This document shows positions 38,886-48,663 of a DNA stretch of 64,000 nt, one piece after another. The notes beneath the pieces are model-generated. The model saw only the letters and a program-made list of their open reading frames with translations. It ran no database searches and was not told the DNA's origin. Made by a program: the position numbers and the translations under genes. The first letter of the stretch is position 1. The number at the start of each line of letters is the position of its first letter. The stretch comes from Planctomycetales bacterium (GTDB lineage: Bacteria; 4484-113): the NCBI GenBank assembly GCA_037441675.1, contig JBBIRS010000001.1:32001-96000 (forward strand). The letters run 5' to 3'.

Positions 38886-39665
38886 ATGGTAGCTTTCACA
38901 CGTTATAGTTGTGTGGTCATGCTATTTCTACTTCTATATTGTGTAAAGGATGTTCTCGCTTTAACAGATTTCAAGCTAAATGAGGAGACAGTTTCTTTCC
39001 TAACGAAAGATGGAGTAAAGATATTTGGCTCGCTTTACCTACCAGGCAGGACAAAGGGGAAAGTTTCCGCTGTTCTACTATTGCATCAGCTGGGGAAAGA
39101 TAGAAGGTCGTGGAACGTATTAATTCCAAATTTACTCAAGGAAAAATACGTCGTTCTTGCGATTGATCTGCGAGGGCATGGCGATAGTACTACGTTTGAT
39201 GGTAAACCTTACTTTTACTCGGATTTCTCTAACAGTGACTACGCCTTAATGATTGAGGATGTTCGCTCGGCTGTTGAATACCTAAAGAGTCGTGGTGAGG
39301 TGAGGGCTGACCGTATTGGAATTATTGGTGCTTCTATCGGCGCAAACTTGGCGCTTCAATACGCATCCGAAGACAGAAATGTAAGAACGGTTATCCTTCT
39401 ATCCCCGGGAGAAAATTATAGAGGGCTTGAGATTTTACCATTCTTAGAGGCATACAGTAGACGAGCACTCTTAATAGTTGTTTCAGAGAAGGACACTTAT
39501 TCATTGGTTAGTTCCCAGAAGTTAAAAGAACACGCTGTGCAAGCTAGTCCTTGCAAGTTAAAAATCTATCCTGGCGGTTTACATGGAACCGACTTAATGA
39601 ATATTTCTAACGGCTTACCGTCAATTATCGTCGCCTGGTTACAGAATCATTTACCCAACGGCTAA
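38886..39665 (+). CDS. Exported alpha/beta-fold hydrolase
   Basis: Signal-like N-terminus, DLRGHG, GASIG nucleophile elbow, C-terminal HG; AGGAGG before ATG 38886. Confidence 0.88.
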   Translation: MVAFTRYSCVVMLFLLLYCVKDVLALTDFKLNEETVSFLTKDGVKIFGSLYLPGRTKGKVSAVLLLHQLGKDRRSWNVLIPNLLKEKYVVLAIDLRGHGDSTTFDGKPYFYSDFSNSDYALMIEDVRSAVEYLKSRGEVRADRIGIIGASIGANLALQYASEDRNVRTVILLSPGENYRGLEILPFLEAYSRRALLIVVSEKDTYSLVSSQKLKEHAVQASPCKLKIYPGGLHGTDLMNISNGLPSIIVAWLQNHLPNG

Positions 39666-39680
39666 TAATGGTGGGCACAA

Positions 39681-42029
39681 TTGGAGGGTTTGAGAAACCT
39701 TTTTTCTCACTATTTTTACCTCATCCTCTTCCTGTTTTATGGATTAGGCGTAGCCTTATCCTTTGCGCTTCCCGTTCATCCTGGCTTGGAATTTTACTTT
39801 TTTCTACTTTGTTGGGTAGTATTCCTGTTGCTCCTCCTTCTCGCTTTTTTATTACTCAAAAGAAAGAGCCATCTATTGGTGTTTGTAGTTTATCTTCTTC
39901 TTTCGTTGGTAGGATTTGGCAGTTCATACTTTCGGCGATCTTTATCTTTAAGCGACCCTTTAGATCTATTAGAAGGCAAACAGGTAAAAGTTTCTGGTAT
40001 TGTATCTTCATTTCCAAGATATTCTACTTCTGGGCTTAGCTTTCTTCTTAAGGTTAGGAAAGCTCAATCGGAAAATTTAATCCTAGAACACCCAAAAAGT
40101 GTAGGCACGATTTATGTCTTCGTGAGAGAAGGTCAAGAGCTTCCAATCTCGTATCATTTTGAAGTAGAAATCTCAGGAACTCTCACTGGGTTAACAGGCG
40201 CTGTTAACCGTGGCGATTTCTCAATGAAGGAATATCTTCGTCCCTTAGAGATAAATTATGAGCTCTTTGTGCCAAGTAAATGGCAAGTTATCTCTTCAAA
40301 ACCATATGACAACTTAGCAAGCATCTTCTATAAACTAAAGTTATATCTTATTAAGCGAGCCTATGAAGCATTTCAAGCACCTTACAACCAACTATTTCTT
40401 GGACTAACGATAGGAGATAGCGCAGTATATTTCCCAACAGAACTAAAAGAGATTTTCAGGAAAGCAGGGTTAACTCATCTGCTCGTTGTATCTGGAAGCC
40501 AAGTGTCATTGTTCTTCTTGATAGTTGGATTGCTTTTACTTAGGTTTGAATCTCCATTTTCATACACCGGTAAAGCCGTAAGAGTGCTCAAATATCCTTT
40601 GATATTTTTATTGATTTTGGGTTACTCGGTCTTGACGGGTTTTGAACCTTCAATTCAACGTGCCTTTATAGTAAGTTCACTAGTTTTACTTGCTCACTTT
40701 TTCTTCTACGAGGTAGATGCCCTGCACGTTATCGGTCAGGCGGGGTTAATTATCCTTATATCAAGGCCAGCAGAGATTCTCTCGGTGAGTTTTCAGCTTA
40801 CCTTTGCTGCTACCGTTGGTTTAATTCTAGGAATTAGAGCGATGATACCGCTCATCTCATATCTATCCTCATGGCTAAAGGCTTTTTTGGTTCTACTCGC
40901 AGCCACCTTTGGTGCTCAAATTATGGTCTTTCCGCTAATCCTATACTACTTTGGGCAGATAACACCCTACGGTCTCATTTCCAATCTGGTTGCCATACCT
41001 GTATCCTTCTTTGCAATGCTTATGGCTGTAAGTTTTTACATCTTCGGTTCTATTCCCCTACTAGGTGATTTGATTCGCATTACAACCCATCTTATTCTAA
41101 GCTTTTTATATTGGTGGGCTAAAACTTTTGCCAGTCTGCCAGGCTCAAGTTTGAGTTACGTGCCAATTAGTGGCGTAGCCTGCGCTATAAGTTGTCTCTT
41201 GCTATTCTTAGCGATTATTGAGCTTGGCTTGAACCAAAAGCGTATTCGTTTTGTGATTGGAGCATTTCTCATCCTTCTTAGTACCTTCGTCTTGTATCTG
41301 CCTTTGAAGGCTTTCCAAGACAATCTCCCACAGATTCTTGTCTACTACTTACGCTCTGGTAATGCTTCCCTTTATATTGACGCGCATCGCAATGGGATTA
41401 TCTTTGTAAACTTTCCAAGCTCCCCTAATTCCCAGGAGGTTTTAATAGAACGTCTTTCTTCCTTACTATCACGATCGGGTGTAAAAGCACTAAGGTCAAT
41501 GATTATTTTGTCTGATAGTATTCCTGATAGGAGCATCATTGGGAAGTTGTCTTTCAAGCCAGAGTTACTTGTCTCTTCTGTTGATAAGACTGTCTTTCCT
41601 TTATCTCGTAAATACAAAGTCGCTCTTGATACCCTTCCTACGTTTTACTTTAACGTGGAAGGTAAACTAGTCCTATATCAGCTGGATTTGAATAAAGGAG
41701 TGGAAGTTTACCTTTCAGTTCTAAAGGACGCTAATGAAAGCCTAAATGTTCTTCTTCCTCCTATACCATCTAGAGATAGTAGTGCATCTGAAACAAAACG
41801 CATTCTAATAATTCCGGGGTCATTCGCCAAGAAAAAAGCTTCACAATTTAAGAGATTTGTTGTCCAGAACAAATTTAATGTTGTCATTTCTCAAGGTAGA
41901 AGCGACATTAGCAATCTCGTTTACGGAAATGGTTCAGGGCTTAAAGTTTATTCTCAGCTAAAGAAAAGTGAGATAGATATTAAGCCAGATGGCAGTGTAT
42001 CTAGCTTCCGAACAAATTTAGGAAAGTAG
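39681..42029 (+). CDS. comEC: ComEC/Rec2 competence protein
   Basis: N-terminal TM and OB region, GLTHLLVVSGSQ, PSIQRA, SFQLTF, NLVAIP. Confidence 0.88.
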   Translation: MEGLRNLFSHYFYLILFLFYGLGVALSFALPVHPGLEFYFFLLCWVVFLLLLLLAFLLLKRKSHLLVFVVYLLLSLVGFGSSYFRRSLSLSDPLDLLEGKQVKVSGIVSSFPRYSTSGLSFLLKVRKAQSENLILEHPKSVGTIYVFVREGQELPISYHFEVEISGTLTGLTGAVNRGDFSMKEYLRPLEINYELFVPSKWQVISSKPYDNLASIFYKLKLYLIKRAYEAFQAPYNQLFLGLTIGDSAVYFPTELKEIFRKAGLTHLLVVSGSQVSLFFLIVGLLLLRFESPFSYTGKAVRVLKYPLIFLLILGYSVLTGFEPSIQRAFIVSSLVLLAHFFFYEVDALHVIGQAGLIILISRPAEILSVSFQLTFAATVGLILGIRAMIPLISYLSSWLKAFLVLLAATFGAQIMVFPLILYYFGQITPYGLISNLVAIPVSFFAMLMAVSFYIFGSIPLLGDLIRITTHLILSFLYWWAKTFASLPGSSLSYVPISGVACAISCLLLFLAIIELGLNQKRIRFVIGAFLILLSTFVLYLPLKAFQDNLPQILVYYLRSGNASLYIDAHRNGIIFVNFPSSPNSQEVLIERLSSLLSRSGVKALRSMIILSDSIPDRSIIGKLSFKPELLVSSVDKTVFPLSRKYKVALDTLPTFYFNVEGKLVLYQLDLNKGVEVYLSVLKDANESLNVLLPPIPSRDSSASETKRILIIPGSFAKKKASQFKRFVVQNKFNVVISQGRSDISNLVYGNGSGLKVYSQLKKSEIDIKPDGSVSSFRTNLGK

Positions 42030-42035
42030 ATTTCG

Positions 42036-42317
42036 TTAAAGGGTTTTGTTTGCAAATTTCTTGTTAAAAAGGGTATAAAGCCTTGAAACCTTCCGATTGG
42101 CAGTTTCTTTCTTAATTATGCCTTTACTAGCACTTTCGCAGATGACCTTTTGAGCGCGGTAAAGCTTTACCCTTGCCGCCTCTTCATCCTCATTTCCTAA
42201 AATGCTTAATCTACATTCTTTTACAATGTTTTTCAAACGAGTCTTAAGGCTTGTATTCCGCAAGAGATTTCGCTTGTTGATTAGAATCTGCTTTTTTGCA
42301 CTTTTAGTATTTGCCAT
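42036..42317 (-). CDS. rpsT: 30S ribosomal protein S20
   Basis: MANTKSAKK...N...K...KGIIKK.TA.R..SRL. Confidence 0.95.
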   Translation of the reverse strand: MANTKSAKKQILINKRNLLRNTSLKTRLKNIVKECRLSILGNEDEEAARVKLYRAQKVICESASKGIIKKETANRKVSRLYTLFNKKFANKTL

Positions 42318-42346
42318 ATTTTCTTTCCAAGTTAACCAGCGGAAAA

Positions 42347-42374
42347 ATTATACACTACTAAACCGCACCGTCAA
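42347..42374 (-). promoter_or_regulatory. Sigma70 promoter of rpsT
   Basis: Minus strand TTGACG-16 bp-TATAAT. Confidence 0.7.
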
Positions 42375-42375
42375 A

Positions 42376-43212
42376 TTACCCATCCACAGCTACATTCATT
42401 CTATCCCTAATTTCTTTCTTTTCAGCCTCGGTATGTGCTTTATCAAGTGCTTTCTGTAAAGTCTCAAAGTATTTTTGCATATCGCCCTTTGTCTTGTAAG
42501 CCTCAGCTAGATTCACAAATGCTGGAATGAAATCCGATTTAATAGCCAGGACTCGATTAAATTCATTGATAGCTTGATCGATTTTGCCTGAATGAAGAAG
42601 CATTGTTCCCATATCAGTCCGAACGTTTATATCGTTAGGGTTAATAGTCAGGGCTCTAGAATAGTAGGATACGGCACGATCTGGAAGTTGCGCTTCATAA
42701 CAGGCATTCCCAGCCATCACAAGGGCATCAAGATTTTGAGGTTCAATATTCAAGGCTTCATCTAAGTATTTAAGAGCCTGTTCAAACTGGCCAATCTGAT
42801 AGTACATTTCTGCAAGTTGAATGCGAGCTGGGACTTCTTTAGAATTACTTTCTATGGCGGTGCGGAGTTTAGTGAGTTGCTCCATTACAAAGGGAGGCAT
42901 AGCGCCACTTGTGTTATTGTTTGATGCAACATTGTTGTCAATAGGGGGATGATCCGGTGGAAGTTCGCCCGTTATTCCCGCTGAGGATAACTGCCCGTTT
43001 TTAGGAGGGGACGGAATTATTAGCCAAATTATAAAGATTAAAATAGCTAAGATAAAAAGCATTACTACATATCCCGTCTTTCTTTGGATGGATTGATGGG
43101 GAGCTATCGCTTCTTTTTCTTCTTGCTTAGAGCTTACCCTTTGCCCACAGTTCGCGCAGAATTTATCCTGAGTTCTTAATGGTGCTCCACATGATGTGCA
43201 ATAGTTAGCCAT
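42376..43212 (-). CDS. Zinc-ribbon/TM/TPR protein (CcmI/NrfG-like TPR region)
   Basis: CTSCG...CANCG, one TM, LPPDHP motif, several TPRs; ORF track starts at 43239. Confidence 0.75.
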   Translation of the reverse strand: MANYCTSCGAPLRTQDKFCANCGQRVSSKQEEKEAIAPHQSIQRKTGYVVMLFILAILIFIIWLIIPSPPKNGQLSSAGITGELPPDHPPIDNNVASNNNTSGAMPPFVMEQLTKLRTAIESNSKEVPARIQLAEMYYQIGQFEQALKYLDEALNIEPQNLDALVMAGNACYEAQLPDRAVSYYSRALTINPNDINVRTDMGTMLLHSGKIDQAINEFNRVLAIKSDFIPAFVNLAEAYKTKGDMQKYFETLQKALDKAHTEAEKKEIRDRMNVAVDG

Positions 43213-43335
43213 ATTTAATTTGTCCTGGTTCTTTTTCAAAATATCGTAAATGGCTCCAAAAAAAAGCTATTTACTTAGCCTTCCTCTGATATAATACCAT
43301 TGTCTAGGTAAATCCTATGTTAGCGGGGTAGTCCA

Positions 43336-44127
43336 TTGGCTAAGATTTTAGCTTATCTAGTTCCCCATCCTCCTGTCTTGCTAGACCCAATCGGGAAGGG
43401 CTTACTCTCTCACGTGGAAGCAACACGAAATGCTATGTTCAAAGTAGCTGAAGAGTTAAAGCAGTTTGCACCCGATACAATACTTCTAAGTAGTCCACAT
43501 AACGTTTTTGTTGTGGACAAAGTTGGAGTGTTAACATCAAAAATACTAACGGGGTCTTTTCAGGATTTCGGATACGCTAATTTGCGTTACATTTTTGATA
43601 ACGATACTGAGCTTGTTGAGGAGTTGCTCGAATTTCCAAACACAGCGACATACTTATCGCCTACCGATTCTGGCGAACTTGACCATGGCGCACTCGTATT
43701 TTTGGATTTTTTCCTTAGAGTAGGGGGGAAGGCTAAGCTTGTTGTATTTTCTGCGGTATTAGGCAATCTTAAAACTTACTTTAACTTCGGTGTTGCCCTT
43801 AGAGAATTTCTTTCAATGAAGGAAAAACGTATTGCTTACATCGCAAGTGGCGATCTTTCGCACTGCACTAAAGAAGCACCTGGTAGACACTATCACGAGG
43901 AGGGTCCCATATTTGATAAGATAACCGTTGAAGCGGTTCAGGAGTGTAACACTGAAAAGATACTCTCATTGGACGAGAGTTTTTTAGCAAAAGCTGAGCA
44001 GTGTGGGCTCTATTCATTCTTAATTTGTTTTGGTTTGTTCTCTGGAATTGCCTCTAAGGGTGAGGTACTATCATACGAGGATCCTTTTGGAGTGGGTTAC
44101 CTGGTGGGATCCTTAACCGGTGAATGA
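43336..44127 (+). CDS. LigB/MEMO1-like protein (AmmeMemoRadiSam protein B type)
   Basis: PHPP, SPH, LDHG, SGDLSH, CG, YEDPFGVGY; coupled to the AMMECR1 gene. Confidence 0.85.
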   Translation: MAKILAYLVPHPPVLLDPIGKGLLSHVEATRNAMFKVAEELKQFAPDTILLSSPHNVFVVDKVGVLTSKILTGSFQDFGYANLRYIFDNDTELVEELLEFPNTATYLSPTDSGELDHGALVFLDFFLRVGGKAKLVVFSAVLGNLKTYFNFGVALREFLSMKEKRIAYIASGDLSHCTKEAPGRHYHEEGPIFDKITVEAVQECNTEKILSLDESFLAKAEQCGLYSFLICFGLFSGIASKGEVLSYEDPFGVGYLVGSLTGE

Positions 44128-44702
44128 TTAATTTTAATGACGAAGATATAAAGCTAATAAATAAAGGGAGTCATCCTTTTGTTAAGTTAGCTTGGGCTTC
44201 AATAATCTCTTACGTTAAATTTAATAGAGTAATTGATTTTAGCAGTATTTCTGAATTCTTAGGGGAAATACTAGCATCACACTTGAGTGAGTTAAACGAA
44301 AGGCATGCCTGTTTTGTGAGCCTAAAAAAGGATGGTGAGCTCCGTGGATGTATGGGCACTATTGAGCCCCAGGAAAGCTCCTTAGCGCAGGAGATTATTG
44401 AAAATGCGATCAGTGCTGCGACTAAAGATCCTCGCTTTCCACCGCTTGCTAAAGTTGAACTCCCCTCTATCAGCGTATCCATAGATGTTCTTACGGAACT
44501 TGAACCAGCCAGTTTTGAGGCTCTCTCTCCTCAAACAAAAGGACTATTAGTGGTTCAAGAATTCAGGCGTGGCCTTCTGCTTCCAAACCTAGAAGGAATA
44601 GATACCCCTGAAATTCAACTAGAAATGGCTGCACGGAAAGCTGGAATTGATCTCACTGAACCCTATAGACTTTTTACATTTACAACAACTAGATTACACT
44701 AG
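44124..44702 (+). CDS. AMMECR1-domain protein (AmmeMemoRadiSam protein A)
   Basis: ACFVSL, LRGCMG, DPRFPP, GLLLP, KAGI; ATGA overlap with the upstream gene. Confidence 0.9.
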   Translation: MINFNDEDIKLINKGSHPFVKLAWASIISYVKFNRVIDFSSISEFLGEILASHLSELNERHACFVSLKKDGELRGCMGTIEPQESSLAQEIIENAISAATKDPRFPPLAKVELPSISVSIDVLTELEPASFEALSPQTKGLLVVQEFRRGLLLPNLEGIDTPEIQLEMAARKAGIDLTEPYRLFTFTTTRLH

Positions 44703-44810
44703 ACTTTATAAATAAATAGCTTAAAAATAATTTATTCTCAGCCAAAAGCTTTTGCCTTTCTATGGAGACTTCGTCCTTTTAATACAGGATTAGCGATTAA
44801 GGATGAATCT

Positions 44811-45923
44811 CTATTTTCTCTCGCCATATCTATAGTACGTAGAACACGATCCCTCAGAAGAAACCATGCACGCACCTAACGGGTTTTCTGGCTTACAGGC
44901 ATTTCCGAAATATTGGCATTCAAGTGGGGTAATTAAACCAAGAAGAACTTCACCGCATCTGCAATGGCCGAATTGGTGCTCATCGTGCTTAGCCCTCTCT
45001 AAGCCAAAATACTCACTTGCATCAAAATCTCTATACTTTGCCCTAAGTCTATGTCCACTATTCTTAATTAACCCTATTCCCCTCCAGTATGCATCATCTA
45101 TATCAAAAACCTCGTTAATAATCTCTTGGGCTCGTTTATTACCAAACCTTCTTACTGCTCCCCTATAGATGTTTATAACGCGGGGTTTATTTTCTATTTT
45201 CATTCTAAGCAAGTGGTAAACAGCATAGAGTACATCCTCAGCTTCAAAGCCTGCAATAACAGCTCCTTTTTTGTAAACATCTGCAATAAATGAATATGGT
45301 TCCTCGCCTATAATTGTGGAAACATGACCCGGTAAAATAAAGCCATCCAACGCCAGTCTTGAATCATCCAGCAAAACCTTAAGTACAGGAATAATTAACT
45401 TGTGGCTTACATAAACAAGAAAATTTTTGATACCCTTTTCATTAGCCATAAGAATTGTATGAGCTATCCCTGGTTGAGTAGTTTCAAAACCTGTGCTGAA
45501 AAAAAGTATCTTTTTATTGGGAAGCTTTCTGGCTAGGTTCAAATTGTCAAGAGGAGAAATAACTAACCTAACATCTGCGCCCTTTTCACGACTTTCGGCG
45601 AAGGAAAGTCTTCCACCTCTCACCTTAAACAAGTCACCGTATGAAGTGAGAATAATGTCTTTATTTTCAAGTGCAAGCTGAGCGACTTGGTCAATTTCGG
45701 AAGCTGCAGTTACGCAAACAGGACAGCCTGGACCGCTTATAAGCTCAACATTTGTTTCCCGAAGAATGGTCTGCCTTATTCCTGATCGGAAAATTGTAAC
45801 CGTATGGGTCCCGCATACCTCCATGAATCTTGCCTCAGTTACCGGCAATCTCCTCAAAAGCTCGTATAAGACTTCCGGTGAAATCAGGTCTGGTCTTGAT
45901 GAATGCAATGTGTTACTTGCCAA
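44811..45923 (-). CDS. hypD: Hydrogenase maturation factor HypD
   Basis: MEVCGTHT, GPGCPVC, GFETT, PGHVS, C-terminal Cys cluster CMVSSEGSC. Confidence 0.96.
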   Translation of the reverse strand: MASNTLHSSRPDLISPEVLYELLRRLPVTEARFMEVCGTHTVTIFRSGIRQTILRETNVELISGPGCPVCVTAASEIDQVAQLALENKDIILTSYGDLFKVRGGRLSFAESREKGADVRLVISPLDNLNLARKLPNKKILFFSTGFETTQPGIAHTILMANEKGIKNFLVYVSHKLIIPVLKVLLDDSRLALDGFILPGHVSTIIGEEPYSFIADVYKKGAVIAGFEAEDVLYAVYHLLRMKIENKPRVINIYRGAVRRFGNKRAQEIINEVFDIDDAYWRGIGLIKNSGHRLRAKYRDFDASEYFGLERAKHDEHQFGHCRCGEVLLGLITPLECQYFGNACKPENPLGACMVSSEGSCSTYYRYGERK

Positions 45924-45925
45924 TG

Positions 45926-46147
45926 TTATTCCTCAGTATCTAATACTTCTGAAATTAGCTTTAATGTTTCCTGAGCTTCTTCAGGGGAAAGCACTTGGAT
46001 TGCATAACCTGTATGTATTAGCACATAGTTTCCAATTTCTGCTTCAGGCACAAGTGCGATATTTGTCTTTACTCTAACATCACCAATTTTAACTGTGGCA
46101 ACATCACCCTCAATCTTCTCAATGAGCCCCGGTATCGCTAAACACAT
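45926..46147 (-). CDS. hypC: Hydrogenase maturation chaperone HypC
   Basis: MCLAIPG, YVLIHTGYAI. Confidence 0.95.
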   Translation of the reverse strand: MCLAIPGLIEKIEGDVATVKIGDVRVKTNIALVPEAEIGNYVLIHTGYAIQVLSPEEAQETLKLISEVLDTEE

Positions 46148-46214
46148 GATACTTTATTATAACTCGCCTATTTTTAGTAGTGTCCACTAATGTCTTATAT
46201 AATCGTTACAAGCT

Positions 46215-46898
46215 GTGGTGCAAGAAATTCTAAAGAGAATAGATCATACCTTCCTCAAGATTGATTCAAATAGTAATTCCTCTCTACTCTTAGAGGGTGC
46301 CAAGATGGTAGAAGAAAAGGGTCTACGCTCATTTATTGTTCCCCCTCAACTAGTGCGAACCGTGGCAAAGCATTTTCCTGATATAACGGTGGGAACAGTT
46401 GTAGCATTCCCGCTTGGATTTGAAACATTACCCGAGAAGATATTCGCCTCTCAACAGGCAAGAGAAGATGGTGCTAAGGAAGTTGACATTGTCCTTGATC
46501 TATTTGCATTGGTGAATGACAACTTCAGAAAGGTAAATGAGGAAGTAGACTTACTCACCGAGGTAGGAAGACGACATGGTCTTAAAGTAAAATTCATTCT
46601 TGAGATGTCTATTCTCTCCGAGGCGCAGATTTCTGAATGTGTTGCTCTTTGCCTAAAGCACAAGCCCTTAGCTATAAAATCAGGAACAGGTTATCAATCT
46701 AAAGTAAGCACGGAGCAAATTACCCTTCTTAAGAAACTCACCAAAGGTGAAATACTTGTTAAGGCTTCCGGGGGAATTGATAGTATCAATAAGGTAAAAG
46801 AGCTTATCTCCTCTGGAGCGGATATAATCGGCACTAGCAATACAAAGAAAATAATTTCGGAGCTTGAGCAAGATAATGATATAAGGCTAGATGGATAA
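46215..46898 (+). CDS. deoC: Deoxyribose-phosphate aldolase
   Basis: IDHTFLK, VAFPLG, EVDIV, KFILE, KSGTG, VKASGGI, IGTS. Confidence 0.9.
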   Translation: MVQEILKRIDHTFLKIDSNSNSSLLLEGAKMVEEKGLRSFIVPPQLVRTVAKHFPDITVGTVVAFPLGFETLPEKIFASQQAREDGAKEVDIVLDLFALVNDNFRKVNEEVDLLTEVGRRHGLKVKFILEMSILSEAQISECVALCLKHKPLAIKSGTGYQSKVSTEQITLLKKLTKGEILVKASGGIDSINKVKELISSGADIIGTSNTKKIISELEQDNDIRLDG

Positions 46899-46917
46899 AG
46901 GGGAAGGGCTATTATCT

Positions 46918-48549
46918 TTAATGATAAAAATGACGAGTTGGCATAAAGACTAAACACACCCTCAGCTCATTGGCGCGTTGAATTATTTCGTGGTCTCTAA
47001 TGCTTCCAGAGGGTGCTGCCAAAACCGCAATCTTTGCACTTGCAGCAAGTTCAACTGAATCAGCAAATGGGAAAAAGCCATCAGACACAAGGACTGCATC
47101 CTCGCATTTTTTCTTCGCTTTCTCAAGAGCCAGCCTGGTTGCATCAACACGGTTCGTCTGGCCTGCGCCAACACCTACAATCGCTCCATCTTTGATTACT
47201 ATCACAGAATTACTCCTTATAAACCTAATGAGCCGAACACCGAACTGCAAATCAGACTTATACTTTGCCCTTAATGGAGTGTCCGATACCACTTGAAGTT
47301 CTTCAGGCTTAGGTAGATAAACGTCTTCATTCTGAACAAGGTAACCAAATGGGGTTCTTACGAAGGTTAATATTGGAGGATTTTTTCCTTCGTTAATTAA
47401 GATTATCCTCTCTCTATCCGTAGTAAAAGCTTCTTCAGAAACCTCAATAATGCGCATTTTCTTCTTCTTTGAAAATTCCCTCAGTGCACCTAATGTAACG
47501 GATGGAGCAACTAAGATTTCAAAGAATGACTTTGTAATCTCTCTGGCTAGTTCTTCATCTATCGGGAAGTTTGTGCCAATTATTCCACCAAATGCGGAAA
47601 CAGGGTCAGCCTCCCGAGCGCGCACAAAAGCTTGCAATGGGCTCTCCGCCTGAGCAGCTCCGCAGGGTGTGAGATGCTTGATAATGCATGCGAAATAGGG
47701 TAATTCATAGGGGAATGAGGCAATCCGAAAGGCAGCACCAGCGTCCCGAATGTTGTTATAGCTAAGCTCTCTACCCTGAAGAAGTTTGAACTTCAAAGCC
47801 TGTCCAATTGACGGTTCGTATAAAGAGCCCATCTGATGAGGATTTTCTCCATATCTGAGATGCTGTTTTAATTTGAGCTTAAAATCAATAGTTTGTGACA
47901 TGGTTGGCTCGCTAGTTCTTGGCATAGTAGGCACAACTGGCTTGGCTGGTTTAGTTGTTGTCAGCTCTGCAAAGTAATTCATAATAGCTTCATCATACTT
48001 AGCACAAACTGCAAATGCTTTGTAGGCAAGCTTAAGCCTAGTTTCTCGAGAAATTGTTCCATTGTTTTCCTTGTATTCATTTATGAAAGTCTTGTAGTCA
48101 TCAGGGCTCACGAGAATTACAACATTTTCAAAGTTTTTAGCCGCTGCCCTTACGAGAGATACGCCCCCAATATCGATAAGTTCAAGTGCTTCTTTGAGAT
48201 TGATCTTGGAGGACTTAACCTTCTCATCAAAAGGATAGAAGTTAACTGCAACCAAACCAATACTTCTCCCCTTCAAAGCCTTCAATGCCTGTTGATGGCG
48301 TTTCTTGGATGGGTCTGCGAGAATTCCCGCATAAAGTCTAAAGTCCAGGGTTTTAACTCGTCCCCCAAGAATTTCTTTTGACTTAGTAAGTTCTGAGATT
48401 GGAATTGCCTTTATCTTCTTTTTCCGAAGTTCTTTTAGCGTCCCAGTAGAGGCGTAAATAGTTACACCTTCGTCTGCTAGAAATCTTCCTAGAGTTGTCA
48501 CCCAGGTTTTATCGTAAACACTAATTAGAGCTGTTTTAATCTCGGACAT
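46918..48549 (-). CDS. purH: Bifunctional AICAR transformylase/IMP cyclohydrolase
   Basis: ALISVYDK, GRVKTL, IDIGG, RYGENPHQ, SYNN, SAFGG, SDGFFPF, RHF.H; ORF track starts at 48561. Confidence 0.95.
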   Translation of the reverse strand: MSEIKTALISVYDKTWVTTLGRFLADEGVTIYASTGTLKELRKKKIKAIPISELTKSKEILGGRVKTLDFRLYAGILADPSKKRHQQALKALKGRSIGLVAVNFYPFDEKVKSSKINLKEALELIDIGGVSLVRAAAKNFENVVILVSPDDYKTFINEYKENNGTISRETRLKLAYKAFAVCAKYDEAIMNYFAELTTTKPAKPVVPTMPRTSEPTMSQTIDFKLKLKQHLRYGENPHQMGSLYEPSIGQALKFKLLQGRELSYNNIRDAGAAFRIASFPYELPYFACIIKHLTPCGAAQAESPLQAFVRAREADPVSAFGGIIGTNFPIDEELAREITKSFFEILVAPSVTLGALREFSKKKKMRIIEVSEEAFTTDRERIILINEGKNPPILTFVRTPFGYLVQNEDVYLPKPEELQVVSDTPLRAKYKSDLQFGVRLIRFIRSNSVIVIKDGAIVGVGAGQTNRVDATRLALEKAKKKCEDAVLVSDGFFPFADSVELAASAKIAVLAAPSGSIRDHEIIQRANELRVCLVFMPTRHFYH

Positions 48550-48663
48550 AACCAACGCCAATATACCCTATAGTGTGGGGTAAATTTCTCGCAATCTTCT
48601 AGCAGAAATTAAACCAATTGTCTAGAGTACTTAAGCAAAAAATCTTAAGCTTAACTAAGCTTA

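Noticed and set aside
39668..40039. 123-aa alternative-frame ORF at the comEC start
   Set aside because: The comEC frame is continuous and gives the expected N-terminal TMs, so no frameshift is needed
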